Origin: Candidatus Omnitrophota bacterium
GTDB lineage: Bacteria > Omnitrophota > Gorgyraeia > B26-G9
Assembly: GCA_043826565.1 (NCBI GenBank)
Contig: JBDRPX010000030.1
Coordinates: 21,660-85,659, forward strand
Direction of reading: 5' to 3'
DNA: 64,000 nucleotides
Numbering within the stretch: the stretch's first letter is position 1; each line of letters begins with the position of its first letter. The notes beneath the pieces are model-generated. The model was given only the letters and a program-made list of their open reading frames with translations. It made no database searches and was not told the DNA's origin. Position numbers and translations under genes: made by a program. Positions 49,140-58,810 of this stretch are shown piece after piece.

Positions 49140-50327
49140 TTAAAGCATTAAAGAAGCTTTAACAAAAAATTTGTGATCCACGTAATCAAATGCCGCAAAA
49201 TCAGAATCTCTTTGTTTATACTCATAGCCTGTTTCTAAAGACAGATCTTCCCACATTTGGTAACGCAAACCAATATTTGCGTTCAGGATATCATCTGTTC
49301 TCTTTTTCGTTAAAGAACCCTCGGTGGTTTCATCCGGATATTTATTAAACTGATAAGATGTTCCGGCAATAAACAGAAGGCGTTCTTTTAATTCGTAATC
49401 CAGATTAAGTCCCGCTTTGTTCATTGCATAATAACTATTGGTGCTATATGAAGATTCTACGGAACTTCTTTCCGCATAAATCTTTAAAGTACTACGTTCT
49501 ATCACATCGTACTTTAAATTTGCATGTAAAGTACCGCTGGCAAAATCCTTTTTCCCCGCCTCATCATAATCCGTAGCCTTATAACCAACTTTTACCAGGC
49601 CGGTTAGCTTAGGGGCGATATCCCCTTTTACCCCTACTCGGAACTGACTATATACTGAATCACTATTGGAAGTCGCAACATCATAATCTAATGTGCCGTA
49701 ATTATATTCACAAAGCACAGCTGTTTTCGAGAAAAGCTGATAATAAGCGCTCAGAGTAGTAATATGTTCAAATTTATCTAAACTATCAAGATTCTTATAA
49801 TCATCTCTTATATTCCTGTACCTCAAATCTACTTTTATTGACTCCCTTTCATACCCAATGACCGCACCCGCTGAATTACGCATACGATTTTCCTGTGAAG
49901 TCAATTCTGTATTAGGAGGATCCGCGGTTGTCTGGAAATCCTCATCAAGTTTAAATGAGAAATCATTGGCAAAATTTAAATCTACCTCTGCCCCGGCAGC
50001 CTGCTCTGCCCTATTTAATGCTGTTTCATCATGAAAAGCAAGTAGGTCTGCTTTATAACGGAGCTTTAGCAAAAAATCATCTTCACGGCCCGCAACCAAC
50101 GGCATGTTCGCAGAACAGCCAAGAGATGTAGTTGTAATCCAATCCTGGTTTTCCAGGTTTTCCGGCTCCAGATAAATATTGCTATCATATTTTTCTTCTA
50201 AGGACACAAACGGGTTGATTTCCAGTCTTCCGACGTGAATATTCCCCTTTGCAAATGCCAATATATTCATACCAAAAATTATGGCAATCATCCCCCCTAA
50301 ACAAATCAGCAGTTTTGCTTTTTTCAT
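49140..50327 (-). CDS. Outer-membrane beta-barrel associated with polysaccharide export
   Basis: Signal peptide, YDSNI motif, amphipathic strands, position next to the short OPX. Confidence 0.8.
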   Translation of the reverse strand: MKKAKLLICLGGMIAIIFGMNILAFAKGNIHVGRLEINPFVSLEEKYDSNIYLEPENLENQDWITTTSLGCSANMPLVAGREDDFLLKLRYKADLLAFHDETALNRAEQAAGAEVDLNFANDFSFKLDEDFQTTADPPNTELTSQENRMRNSAGAVIGYERESIKVDLRYRNIRDDYKNLDSLDKFEHITTLSAYYQLFSKTAVLCEYNYGTLDYDVATSNSDSVYSQFRVGVKGDIAPKLTGLVKVGYKATDYDEAGKKDFASGTLHANLKYDVIERSTLKIYAERSSVESSYSTNSYYAMNKAGLNLDYELKERLLFIAGTSYQFNKYPDETTEGSLTKKRTDDILNANIGLRYQMWEDLSLETGYEYKQRDSDFAAFDYVDHKFFVKASLML

Positions 50328-50393
50328 AATTACCCCCTATTAAGAATTTCGCTTTTATTTATTATAACATAATTTTTTTATTTCAAACTATGT

Positions 50394-51155
50394 TTACCGT
50401 GTATGTGGACTAGTTTCCGGAATTTCCGGCTCCGGAGGCTCATCATCAGGAACAAACCCCGCAGCTTCCGGCTCTTCATCAAAAGTCTGAATCGTTCCAG
50501 AATCTGAACTTGTAAATTTAAGAGAAACTGCTTTAGCTAATCTTATAACTTCTCCATCCAGGGCAACAACTTGTATCTCTCCGCGAAGAGAAACAATTTC
50601 TACTTTTCTTGTTTTCGCGTTTACCTTAATTTTTGCAACCGCATCCTGAGGAATCACTGCTTTAACTCCTACGGTAACCACCTCTACTATCCCAGAGATA
50701 CTACTTAATTCTACCACACCAGTCTTATTATTAAAATTAATTCTTACAACTTCTCCTTTTTTTAAATACGTAGTTGAATTCCCGCTGATAACAGTTACCT
50801 TTTCATTAACAACCTTAAAGCTAGCACCGGCAACCCCTTCTTTAATCGACGCGATTAAACGCTCTCCCTCCAGCACTGTCGCCACAGAATCTGCGGCCAC
50901 AACTTGAATAAAACCTTCGGTTGAGGTAATGTCAACCGCACCTTCGAGTAACTCAACAATAGACCCGGAAGCTATCCTTGGTAATGTGTCTGATTCTTCT
51001 ACCTTCATAATGCTGCCATCAGGGGCTGTAATCGTAACCTTACCACTCCTATACATTATTGCAGATTGCACTAATACCGGAAATAAAAGAAATCCAAGTA
51101 TCATTGCTAACCTCACCCTAAAACACTTACTATTGTTTTTGGTTACAATAAACAT
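50394..51155 (-). CDS. Secreted FecR-like beta-rich protein, paralog A (C-term EPEIPETSPHTR)
   Basis: Signal peptide ending VQS; clearly similar to 51910-52671. Confidence 0.65.
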   Translation of the reverse strand: MFIVTKNNSKCFRVRLAMILGFLLFPVLVQSAIMYRSGKVTITAPDGSIMKVEESDTLPRIASGSIVELLEGAVDITSTEGFIQVVAADSVATVLEGERLIASIKEGVAGASFKVVNEKVTVISGNSTTYLKKGEVVRINFNNKTGVVELSSISGIVEVVTVGVKAVIPQDAVAKIKVNAKTRKVEIVSLRGEIQVVALDGEVIRLAKAVSLKFTSSDSGTIQTFDEEPEAAGFVPDDEPPEPEIPETSPHTR

Positions 51156-51406
51156 TTTTTACCCCTTTCGCCTTAAATACGAAAATCTGTTTAAAGTTGC
51201 TACAATCAATATAACTTGCAAAAGATATTTTAAAAAGTAATCATTATAACTCATATTTATATAATAATATAGCACTCAATCATATTGTCAAGTGTTTTTA
51301 CATGATATTAGTTAAATATGCCACAATATCATATTAATCGCCTGGCAATGCTTCTTATTTTATATTATTCTATGCATTCTCAGCGCACGCTTCAAATGCT
51401 GGATAA

Positions 51407-51437
51407 TAAAAAAGGAGCCATTTCTGGCTCCCTTATA
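51407..51437 (-). terminator. Intrinsic terminator after the ACT gene
   Basis: GGAGCCA/TGGCTCC stem with A-run on + (U-tail on -). Confidence 0.7.
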
Positions 51438-51456
51438 AATTATACAGCTTTAAATT

Positions 51457-51873
51457 CTATTCTTCTTTTAAAATTTCAAGTGCCCTGTAATTATTGGACG
51501 TTGACAAAACTATCTTTGCCGGGCATCCCTGTGAACAATTAGTTCCGTAAATATATACGATATTAATATCATTTTGCGCTAAACGCTCTGATATATTTTT
51601 TAAAGCACCGGGCCTGTTTTCAACTCCTACAATTATAACATCATTTTCCCGGATCGCTTCATACCCATAATCACTCAAAGCATCAATCGCCGCGAGATTA
51701 TTACTGGTTACAAACATAAGCCCGGCTTCTTCTCCCATACTTCTGGCATATCCGGCAACTGCCTCAAGATTAATCCCGTGGTTAACCAAAAATGAGGTAA
51801 TCTTTGCCAATGCTCCCACCTCATTAACAACTGTAACACAAATCTCTTTCCCAATCACTACTTCCTGAATCAC
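51457..51873 (-). CDS. Tandem ACT-domain protein
   Basis: VNEVGALAKI..INL and ENRPGAL..LAQNDINIVYIY repeats. Confidence 0.88.
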   Translation of the reverse strand: MIQEVVIGKEICVTVVNEVGALAKITSFLVNHGINLEAVAGYARSMGEEAGLMFVTSNNLAAIDALSDYGYEAIRENDVIIVGVENRPGALKNISERLAQNDINIVYIYGTNCSQGCPAKIVLSTSNNYRALEILKEE

Positions 51874-51909
51874 TCAATACCTCCTTGTTGTTGTAATTAC
51901 ATCCAATTT

Positions 51910-52671
51910 TTAAGGCTGATACGGACTCGTTTCCGGAACTTCGGGCTCTGTGGGTTCATCTTCCAAAGGAATCTCACCTGTATCTACCTCATCCTCTTGG
52001 GGCACATCCTTTAAAGTATCATCTCCATCAATATCTGTAGCTTTATCCTCATCAACCTTAATTATGTTACCCGCTGAAGATATAACCTGAATTACTCCGG
52101 ATACCGAAGAAATCTTTACTTTCCTTGTCTTTGCATCTACTTTGATTTTTGCTACACCGTTTTTAGGCACCAAAGCCTGTACACCGCCAGTAGTAGTTGA
52201 GATTACTCCATCAATACTCTTTACCTGAACCGTACCATCCCCTTTATTATAGGTTATCCGGGCAATCTGTCCGGCTTGTATTGTTGTAGCTGTATTTCCG
52301 GACACAACAGTAACGGCATCAGTAATAACTTTAAAACTTACTCCTTTTTCCTTGCCTTTTGCAGATGCAATTAACCGCCCCCCGGGTTTAACCGTAGCTA
52401 AAGATCCTTCGGCAAGAATCTGAACAAATCCATCAATGCCGGTAACATCAATTGCTCCACTAATAATTTCGATTGTAACACCTGAGACTATTTGCGGCAT
52501 GGGATCTTTTTTCCCAACTACTAAAACTGTCCCGTCAGGCATAGTTACTTTTATTTTTCCGCTACGATACACAATAGCAGATTGCGCCCAAACAACATCC
52601 CCCACCAATAAAACTATTAATGCCAAAGATACTACTACCTGTGCTGATTTCCTTAAATACCTATTAAGCAT
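51910..52671 (-). CDS. Secreted FecR-like beta-rich protein, paralog B (C-term EPEVPETSPYQP)
   Basis: Signal peptide ending VWA; QSAIVYRSGK start matches paralog A. Confidence 0.65.
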   Translation of the reverse strand: MLNRYLRKSAQVVVSLALIVLLVGDVVWAQSAIVYRSGKIKVTMPDGTVLVVGKKDPMPQIVSGVTIEIISGAIDVTGIDGFVQILAEGSLATVKPGGRLIASAKGKEKGVSFKVITDAVTVVSGNTATTIQAGQIARITYNKGDGTVQVKSIDGVISTTTGGVQALVPKNGVAKIKVDAKTRKVKISSVSGVIQVISSAGNIIKVDEDKATDIDGDDTLKDVPQEDEVDTGEIPLEDEPTEPEVPETSPYQP

Positions 52672-52763
52672 TGATCCCCCTTTTTTATATAACGCTAATA
52701 ACGCTAAGAATAATAATACTGCTAATCTTTACTGTTTTCAAGAAAAAACAAAATAGAGTCTTT

Positions 52764-53915
52764 TTACTCCACCCGCAGCTGCGCCAGGCACTCAATATGG
52801 GCAGTCCGGCAAAACATATCAAAGATCTTGAACCTATTTAAAACCCAATTGCCGGATGTGGCCAGAATTTTTATATCCCGGGCCATTTTAGCCGGATCAC
52901 AGGATATATAATAAATCGTAGTAATATCCTTATTTGCCCCCAGCCAAGCCAGGAACTGTTTATCCAGGCCGTCACGCGGAGGGTCCAATAGCAATATATT
53001 GCTCTGGGCTTTGCTTTTATTAAAAACATCCGCAAATGATTTTTCTACATCACCCTTAAAAAATCCATACCCTTTCAATCCGTATTTTTTTACTGTCTTT
53101 TTCGCGCACTCAATAGACAACCCTTCATAATCTATGCCGACTTTTAATAAATATTCCGGCAGCAAAAACGAGAAAAATCCCGCGCCGCAGTAAACATCAA
53201 AAAACACCGCATCTTTACTTGCCTCAGATAACCACTGATTTAATTCCTCAATAATTTTTAGCGATATATAGCGGTTGCACTGTGAAAATATCCGCGGAGA
53301 AGAAAACATCTCTTTACTATTATAGTTATCCGTAAAAAACTTATCTGTTGTTTTATCTGAACGCCAGACATTCCCCTGATGGTCTTCTTTTAAGGTTACC
53401 CGGTCTTTTTGCGCGTCATTAGACAGCTCCGGTAATATTTTATTTATTGCTTTTGAAGCTATAGAACACTCCTGTATAGGAACAACCTCATTCGAGTTAT
53501 CCCGGCAAAAACCATACCCCTCGGAACTTTTATGCAGAGTAATACTACTGCGGTAATTATAGCAGTCTCCGGAAGCAACAATTTCACTTTTAAAATCCCG
53601 CAGGCCGCCGATTCTCTGCATCAGCTCTTCTACCTGCTTCTTTTTATAAACAAGCTCTTTTTCATAACTAAGATGCTGATATTGACAGCCTCCGCAAATA
53701 CCATAATATCTGCAAACCGGCGCAGTCCGGTCCGGAGAAGCTTTTCGCAAATCGGCAATTGAACCTTTAATATAGCTTGAGGTTTCTTTATCAACCGTAA
53801 AAATAACTTCTTCTCCGGGCAAAGCAAAGTTTACGAAACATATTTTTCCGTCAACCCGGCCCACTCCGGCGCCGCCAAAAGCCAAATCATATATAGTCGT
53901 TGTATATTTCTTCAT
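52764..53915 (-). CDS. TRAM-domain RNA m5U methyltransferase (RlmD/TrmA family)
   Basis: GAGVGR, CRYYGICGGC, FSQCN, DVYCGAG, LDPPRDG, YISCDP, DMF..TAHIE. Confidence 0.9.
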   Translation of the reverse strand: MKKYTTTIYDLAFGGAGVGRVDGKICFVNFALPGEEVIFTVDKETSSYIKGSIADLRKASPDRTAPVCRYYGICGGCQYQHLSYEKELVYKKKQVEELMQRIGGLRDFKSEIVASGDCYNYRSSITLHKSSEGYGFCRDNSNEVVPIQECSIASKAINKILPELSNDAQKDRVTLKEDHQGNVWRSDKTTDKFFTDNYNSKEMFSSPRIFSQCNRYISLKIIEELNQWLSEASKDAVFFDVYCGAGFFSFLLPEYLLKVGIDYEGLSIECAKKTVKKYGLKGYGFFKGDVEKSFADVFNKSKAQSNILLLDPPRDGLDKQFLAWLGANKDITTIYYISCDPAKMARDIKILATSGNWVLNRFKIFDMFCRTAHIECLAQLRVE

Positions 53916-53968
53916 CGCCCCACTATACTAACATCAAAAAACCTTAACCACAAATAAAAAAGCCCTTT

Positions 53969-55630
53969 CTATTTATCGATCATTTCATGATTTGCCGCAC
54001 CCGGCGGAACCATGGGTATTACGTTTTCTGCATAATGTATCGGGGCATTGACAATACAGCTTCCCGGCAAACATAAGGCCTCGGCTAAAACATCAATCGG
54101 CTCATTTGCTTTGCCCAAATCATAACCGCGCAGACCAAATCCTTTGGCGATCGCGATAAAATCCGGTTTTGCTTCAAAGCGTGAAGCAATATAATTTTTC
54201 TCATAGAAAAATTCCTGCTGTTGGCGCACCAGCCCTAAATGCTCATTGTTCATAATAATAACCGTAATATTTGAGTTTAGTTCCGCTAAAGTAGCCAGCT
54301 CCTGAATGTTCATCAGAAAAGATCCGTCTCCGCTAATACAAATGATACGTTTATCCGGATTTGCCAAGGCCGCGCCAATCGCTGTTGGCAGGCCAAAGCC
54401 CATTGTCCCCAGGCCTCCGGACGTTAACAAAATCCGGGGAGACGGAAACGGATACGCCTGCGCTACCCACATCTGATGCTGTCCTACATCTGTGGTAATA
54501 ATTGTGTCCCGGGCAACCAGGTTAGCCACACTCCTGATCAAATTAAGCGGATGTAGGGGGTCCTTACTCTGCCCTAAAGCCTGGGGATGTTCCTGTTTTA
54601 TCTGCTCAATGTAAGCTATCCATTCTTGGCGGTCATCTTGCCGTATAGCTTGGTTAAGTTCCCTTAACGCATCTTTTATATCTGCAATCAGGGAAATATC
54701 CGCTTTTTTTATCTTATCGATTTCCGAAGGATCAATATCAATATGAATAATTTTAGCCTGCGGACAAAACTTTTTAACATTACCTGTAGCCCGGTCATCA
54801 AAACGCACTCCAAAAGCCAGCAATAAATCCGCTTCACGCAAAATTAAATTCGTATGTTTTGCTCCATGCATACCCAACATTCCCAGATAAAGCTCATCCT
54901 CCGGAGGAAAACATCCCAAACCCATTAAAGTTACGGCAACCGCAATAGAATTCCTTTTAGCAAATTTATAGAGAAATTCATGAGCCTGCGCTTGTGCAAT
55001 ACCGCCGCCGATATAAAGCACCGGGCGCTTTGCCGCATGGATCATATCCGTGATTTTCCTTATCCCTGATATATCAATCTCAGCAGTGTTGATATCCTGA
55101 GAATATTCCGGCCATTGGTCAAACTCAATGATCTCCCTTTGCACATCTTTAGGGACATCAATCAAAACTGGGCCGGGCCGGCCGGATTCGGCAATACTAA
55201 AAGCCTGCGGAATTATTTTAAGCAATTCTTTTGCGCAGCGCGCCATAAAATTATGCTTGGTTATTGAGCGGGATATGCCGCAGGTATCAACTTCCTGAAA
55301 AGCATCGGTTCCGATCACCGCACGGGGAACTTGTCCGGTAATCGCGATGATCGGAACTGAATCTGCTTTTGCATCCGCTATGGCAGTGATCAAATTAGTC
55401 GCGCCCGGGCCGGAAGTCGCAAAACATATTGCGGCTTTTCCCGTAGTGCGCGCGATCCCCTGCGCGATAAATCCCGCACCCTGTTCATGCCGGGCCAGGA
55501 TATGCCGGATACTGCTTTTAGACAAAGCATCATATAAGGGTAAATTCGCTCCGCCGGGAATCCCGGCGATAATTTTAATCCCATAGCGTTCCAGCAGTTT
55601 AATAATAATTTCCGCACCTGAATATTTCAT
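53969..55630 (-). CDS. ilvB: Acetolactate synthase large subunit
   Basis: PGGA, RHEQGA, TSGPGATN, DAFQE, RFDDR, DVGQHQMW, GDGSF. Confidence 0.95.
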   Translation of the reverse strand: MKYSGAEIIIKLLERYGIKIIAGIPGGANLPLYDALSKSSIRHILARHEQGAGFIAQGIARTTGKAAICFATSGPGATNLITAIADAKADSVPIIAITGQVPRAVIGTDAFQEVDTCGISRSITKHNFMARCAKELLKIIPQAFSIAESGRPGPVLIDVPKDVQREIIEFDQWPEYSQDINTAEIDISGIRKITDMIHAAKRPVLYIGGGIAQAQAHEFLYKFAKRNSIAVAVTLMGLGCFPPEDELYLGMLGMHGAKHTNLILREADLLLAFGVRFDDRATGNVKKFCPQAKIIHIDIDPSEIDKIKKADISLIADIKDALRELNQAIRQDDRQEWIAYIEQIKQEHPQALGQSKDPLHPLNLIRSVANLVARDTIITTDVGQHQMWVAQAYPFPSPRILLTSGGLGTMGFGLPTAIGAALANPDKRIICISGDGSFLMNIQELATLAELNSNITVIIMNNEHLGLVRQQQEFFYEKNYIASRFEAKPDFIAIAKGFGLRGYDLGKANEPIDVLAEALCLPGSCIVNAPIHYAENVIPMVPPGAANHEMIDK

Positions 55631-55663
55631 AATTTAACTCCTTTCTTTAATCCTATTAGATAT

Positions 55664-55698
55664 AAAAAAACCTCTGTCGGCTCTCACCGGCAGAGGTT
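55664..55698 (-). terminator. Second (distal) terminator in the ilvB leader
   Basis: AACCTCTGCCGG-TGAGAG-CCGACAGAGGTT followed by a T-run. Confidence 0.8.
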
Positions 55699-55701
55699 AA
55701 T

Positions 55702-55743
55702 AAAAACAATAAAGCCCCTGCCGATTCCCACCGGCAGGGGCTT
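55702..55743 (-). terminator. Attenuator terminator in the ilvB leader
   Basis: AAGCCCCTGCCG-loop-CGGCAGGGGCTT-TATTGTTTTT. Confidence 0.8.
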
Positions 55744-55758
55744 GAATTAGTACACTTA

Positions 55759-55854
55759 TTAGTACATAGGCATACCCCTACGGCAAGAACCTGCCACGAC
55801 GACAAGTACTAATAAGACAGCAATATTATTGAATTCCCTGATCTTTTGCTTCAT
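55759..55854 (-). CDS. ilvB leader (attenuator) peptide
   Basis: MKQKIREFNNIAVLLVLVVVAGSCRRGMPMY*, with an Ile/Val/Leu run just before competing hairpins. Confidence 0.8.
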   Translation of the reverse strand: MKQKIREFNNIAVLLVLVVVAGSCRRGMPMY

Positions 55855-55949
55855 TATTCTCACCATAAGGTTATTGTTAACTCCTATTTGTTAGAAGTAT
55901 ATCATGAACTTTTTAAATTCGCAAGTTTTTGCATTATTTTATTATCAAA

Positions 55950-58181
55950 TTAATAAAACGTCTGTCCTAGGAACAGATATATTCGGCCGTCCGTACTTCC
56001 CTCGGCCCGGCCATAACCAAAATACAGCGGCCCCAAGAGAGTTTTCATTCCCACAAACACTGTGCCGTTCAAACGCATATCATCCAGATCAATATCACCG
56101 CGCCTGTTCCAGACATCACCGTATTCTACAGCCGCGCCCAGATGAATATTGCTGGCGATCCCGGCATCATCATCACCCAAGGTATAATAATATATCACCC
56201 GGCCCAAGCCGCGGTGCATGCCGCGAAGCTGTTTTTCTCCGTATCCGGAAAGCGATAAAAATCCGCCTAAAGTGAACTGATCATAAAACGGAGTATCTTC
56301 ATCAACACTTGTCCCTGCTTCACCGGCAATTACTAATGTATGCTTGTTAGATAAAGTTCTGGCCCGGGTAAATCCCAATTCCATTTTTTCATAATTAAAA
56401 TCCGCGCCTACTTTTTTATCGGAAACATAAAGCACTGCTTTTGCCTGGGATCCATGTTTAGGAAAAATATGGCTGTCAAACTGGTCATAAAGTATCTGCG
56501 CGGTAAACGCTCCTTCCTGAATACTCTCAAATTCCGGCAAAGCCATACCGCCGACTTCCGGCTCGGCTTCAATACTGCCGCGCTTAACTCCGATTTTAAA
56601 CTGAGTATATGAACAGAAATTCATGCCCAGGTTTATACCCGCGGAATTATGGTCTACGCGATATTCGGCAATGCGGTGGTCCTCCTGATAGATATCATAT
56701 AAATACCTCTGGATAGAAAAATTCGGAGCAATAAAAAACCGGTTGCAGACATCTAAGGGCTGGTGAAATTCCGAATCTATTCCGGTATTCGCGCCAAACC
56801 CAAAAGTATTTCGCCACTCTCCGCCTAAAGAATTAATCTGGGTCATCCGGAAATCCGCAAGTAAGGTATATTCACTATTACCCGTAGAATCGCTATTCAG
56901 ATTAAGGCCAAAACGCAGATAATTAGGTCCCCACTCTTTTTCCTTAGTTTTTACATATAAGCCGCGCTGGCCGTCTTTTTCTATAACATCATAATCAATT
57001 TTTTCAAAATCACCCATGGCGTAAATCCGGTTAAGATCTTTTTCCCATTTTCTCATATCCAGAGAGTCCCCGGGGTGAGTAGCTATCCTGGCCTTGACAG
57101 TTTCCGGGCTTAGTTTTTTGGGTTTAGAAACCTCAACAAATCCCACAATCATCGGATCCGAATCAGCCGGGCGCAGGCGGGAAAGATATTCTTTATACTC
57201 TTTTTCGCTGATACTGTATTTAGCAAAACTATCCGCGATTTTTCGCGCGGCTTGTTCTCCGGCAGTTACTGCTTCCGGGGTCTTATTAAAACTCCCGACG
57301 GCAATACCCCCTACTTGCGGTTTTACAATAATATCATCTTTATCCAGTAAAGCCAATTGGCGCTTGGCATCATCACTTCCCAGAATATCCAGGGCCTGCA
57401 TCATGATCGCCACGGCTGACTGCAGATTTTCCGGTTTATCCAATGCCGGGCCGACATCCACGGCAATAATAATATCCGCGCCCATTTTTTTGGCCACATC
57501 AACCGGAATATTATTTACCACTCCGCCGTCAACCAAGATCTTTCCGTCAACTTCTATTGGAGAAAATGCTCCGGGAATAGACATGCTCGCGCGCATCGCA
57601 TCGGCGATATTGCCGTGATCAAAAATATAAACCTCTCCGCTGCCGATATTCGTAGCTACCGCGCGAAAAGGGATCGGCAAACAATCAAAGTCCTTTATAT
57701 GCGCGGCATCTTTGGTCAGCCGCTTAAGAAAAAATCCCAGTTTTTGCCCGGCAATAAATCCCCGCGGCAGAATGATCTTACCTTTTCGATAACCGGTTTC
57801 AAAATTCATAAGCCGCTGTTCATCATTTTTGCGGCGAAACGGCAAATAATCATCGGTAGGCTTATCACTAAAAAAACCGTTCCAGTCAATTTCATCAAAT
57901 ATCCGGGCCATCTCTTCCGGAGATTTTCCGGAAACATATAATCCGGCCACGATCGCGCCCATGCTTGTACCCACAATATAATCAATGGGCACACGCTGTT
58001 CTTCTAATACTTTAAGCACGCCCACATGCGCGGCGCCGCGCGCTCCGCCCCCGCCTAAAACTAAAGCGATCTTTGGCCGCGTTATCGGATCCTCTGCCCA
58101 CACCAAAGACGAGCACAAGATAATTCGGCAAAATACCATCACTAAAACCAAAACTGTGTTATATCGATATTTTTTTTTCAT
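55950..58181 (-). CDS. Patatin-POTRA-beta-barrel protein (PlpD-like, type Vd)
   Basis: Signal peptide; GGGGARG, GTSMG, DGG; POTRA-like middle; BamA-like barrel ending YLFLGQTFY. Confidence 0.9.
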   Translation of the reverse strand: MKKKYRYNTVLVLVMVFCRIILCSSLVWAEDPITRPKIALVLGGGGARGAAHVGVLKVLEEQRVPIDYIVGTSMGAIVAGLYVSGKSPEEMARIFDEIDWNGFFSDKPTDDYLPFRRKNDEQRLMNFETGYRKGKIILPRGFIAGQKLGFFLKRLTKDAAHIKDFDCLPIPFRAVATNIGSGEVYIFDHGNIADAMRASMSIPGAFSPIEVDGKILVDGGVVNNIPVDVAKKMGADIIIAVDVGPALDKPENLQSAVAIMMQALDILGSDDAKRQLALLDKDDIIVKPQVGGIAVGSFNKTPEAVTAGEQAARKIADSFAKYSISEKEYKEYLSRLRPADSDPMIVGFVEVSKPKKLSPETVKARIATHPGDSLDMRKWEKDLNRIYAMGDFEKIDYDVIEKDGQRGLYVKTKEKEWGPNYLRFGLNLNSDSTGNSEYTLLADFRMTQINSLGGEWRNTFGFGANTGIDSEFHQPLDVCNRFFIAPNFSIQRYLYDIYQEDHRIAEYRVDHNSAGINLGMNFCSYTQFKIGVKRGSIEAEPEVGGMALPEFESIQEGAFTAQILYDQFDSHIFPKHGSQAKAVLYVSDKKVGADFNYEKMELGFTRARTLSNKHTLVIAGEAGTSVDEDTPFYDQFTLGGFLSLSGYGEKQLRGMHRGLGRVIYYYTLGDDDAGIASNIHLGAAVEYGDVWNRRGDIDLDDMRLNGTVFVGMKTLLGPLYFGYGRAEGSTDGRIYLFLGQTFY

Positions 58182-58189
58182 TAGGGTAA

Positions 58190-58215
58190 CGGACAGGTTG
58201 CAAACCTGTCCCTAC
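58190..58215 (-). repeat. GTAG-type REP in the RAYT 3' end
   Basis: GTAG-GGACAGGTT-TGC-AACCTGTCC. Confidence 0.8.
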
Positions 58216-58442
58216 ATGTATATTTACATTATTTTCGTCTTCTGCCCATGCGGCAGGATTATTAATTATATATTCGCGAATATTGTTCAACGATTTGTCA
58301 TTACGTATGATGTGATCATGAAAAGACCGTTGCCATTTAAATTTATTTCCTGTTTTTATTGTTATATTTATTTGTTTTGATGAAAATGTTTTGAAACCAC
58401 GGATGATTTCCGATAATGAATATGATTTATTATTGTTAACCT

Positions 58443-58472
58443 GTAGGGGAGGGTTTGTAACCCTCCCTCTAG
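58443..58472 (+). repeat. GTAG-type REP inside the RAYT coding sequence
   Basis: GTAG-GGGAGGGTT-TGT-AACCCTCCC. Confidence 0.8.
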
Positions 58473-58810
58473 GATTAACCCTTTTATTGAAATTATCAAT
58501 AATCAAAATCCCATGAATATGGTTGGGCATAAGAATAAATGTATCGATACTTAGATTATTATAGTGTGTTGGTAAATCTAGCCAAGTTTGCTGGCAAATT
58601 CTACCATACAAGTTTATTTGTATCTGATCATTTATAACATTTCCCAGCCATTCTTTGCGACCATCGGTGCAAATAGTTACATAATAATAACCATTAAGCG
58701 TATAATCGCAGTGTTTCAATCGATTATTTTTACGTGTATAAAATTTTACCATAACAATATGCCAACATCCTAATTATTTACCAATAAATGCAGCCCCAGA
58801 TTGTTTTAAT

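Larger units (their letters stand above)
58159..58752 (-). mobile_element. REP-associated tyrosine transposase (RAYT, Y1/IS200-like)
   Basis: YYYVTICT, MPNHIHGI (HUH), WQRSFHDHIIR, YIINNP; AT-rich; REPs inside the gene. Confidence 0.9.

Noticed and set aside
51269-51296. CIRCE operator
   Set aside because: Only one half-site (TAGCACTC); no GAGTGCTAA partner 9 nt away.
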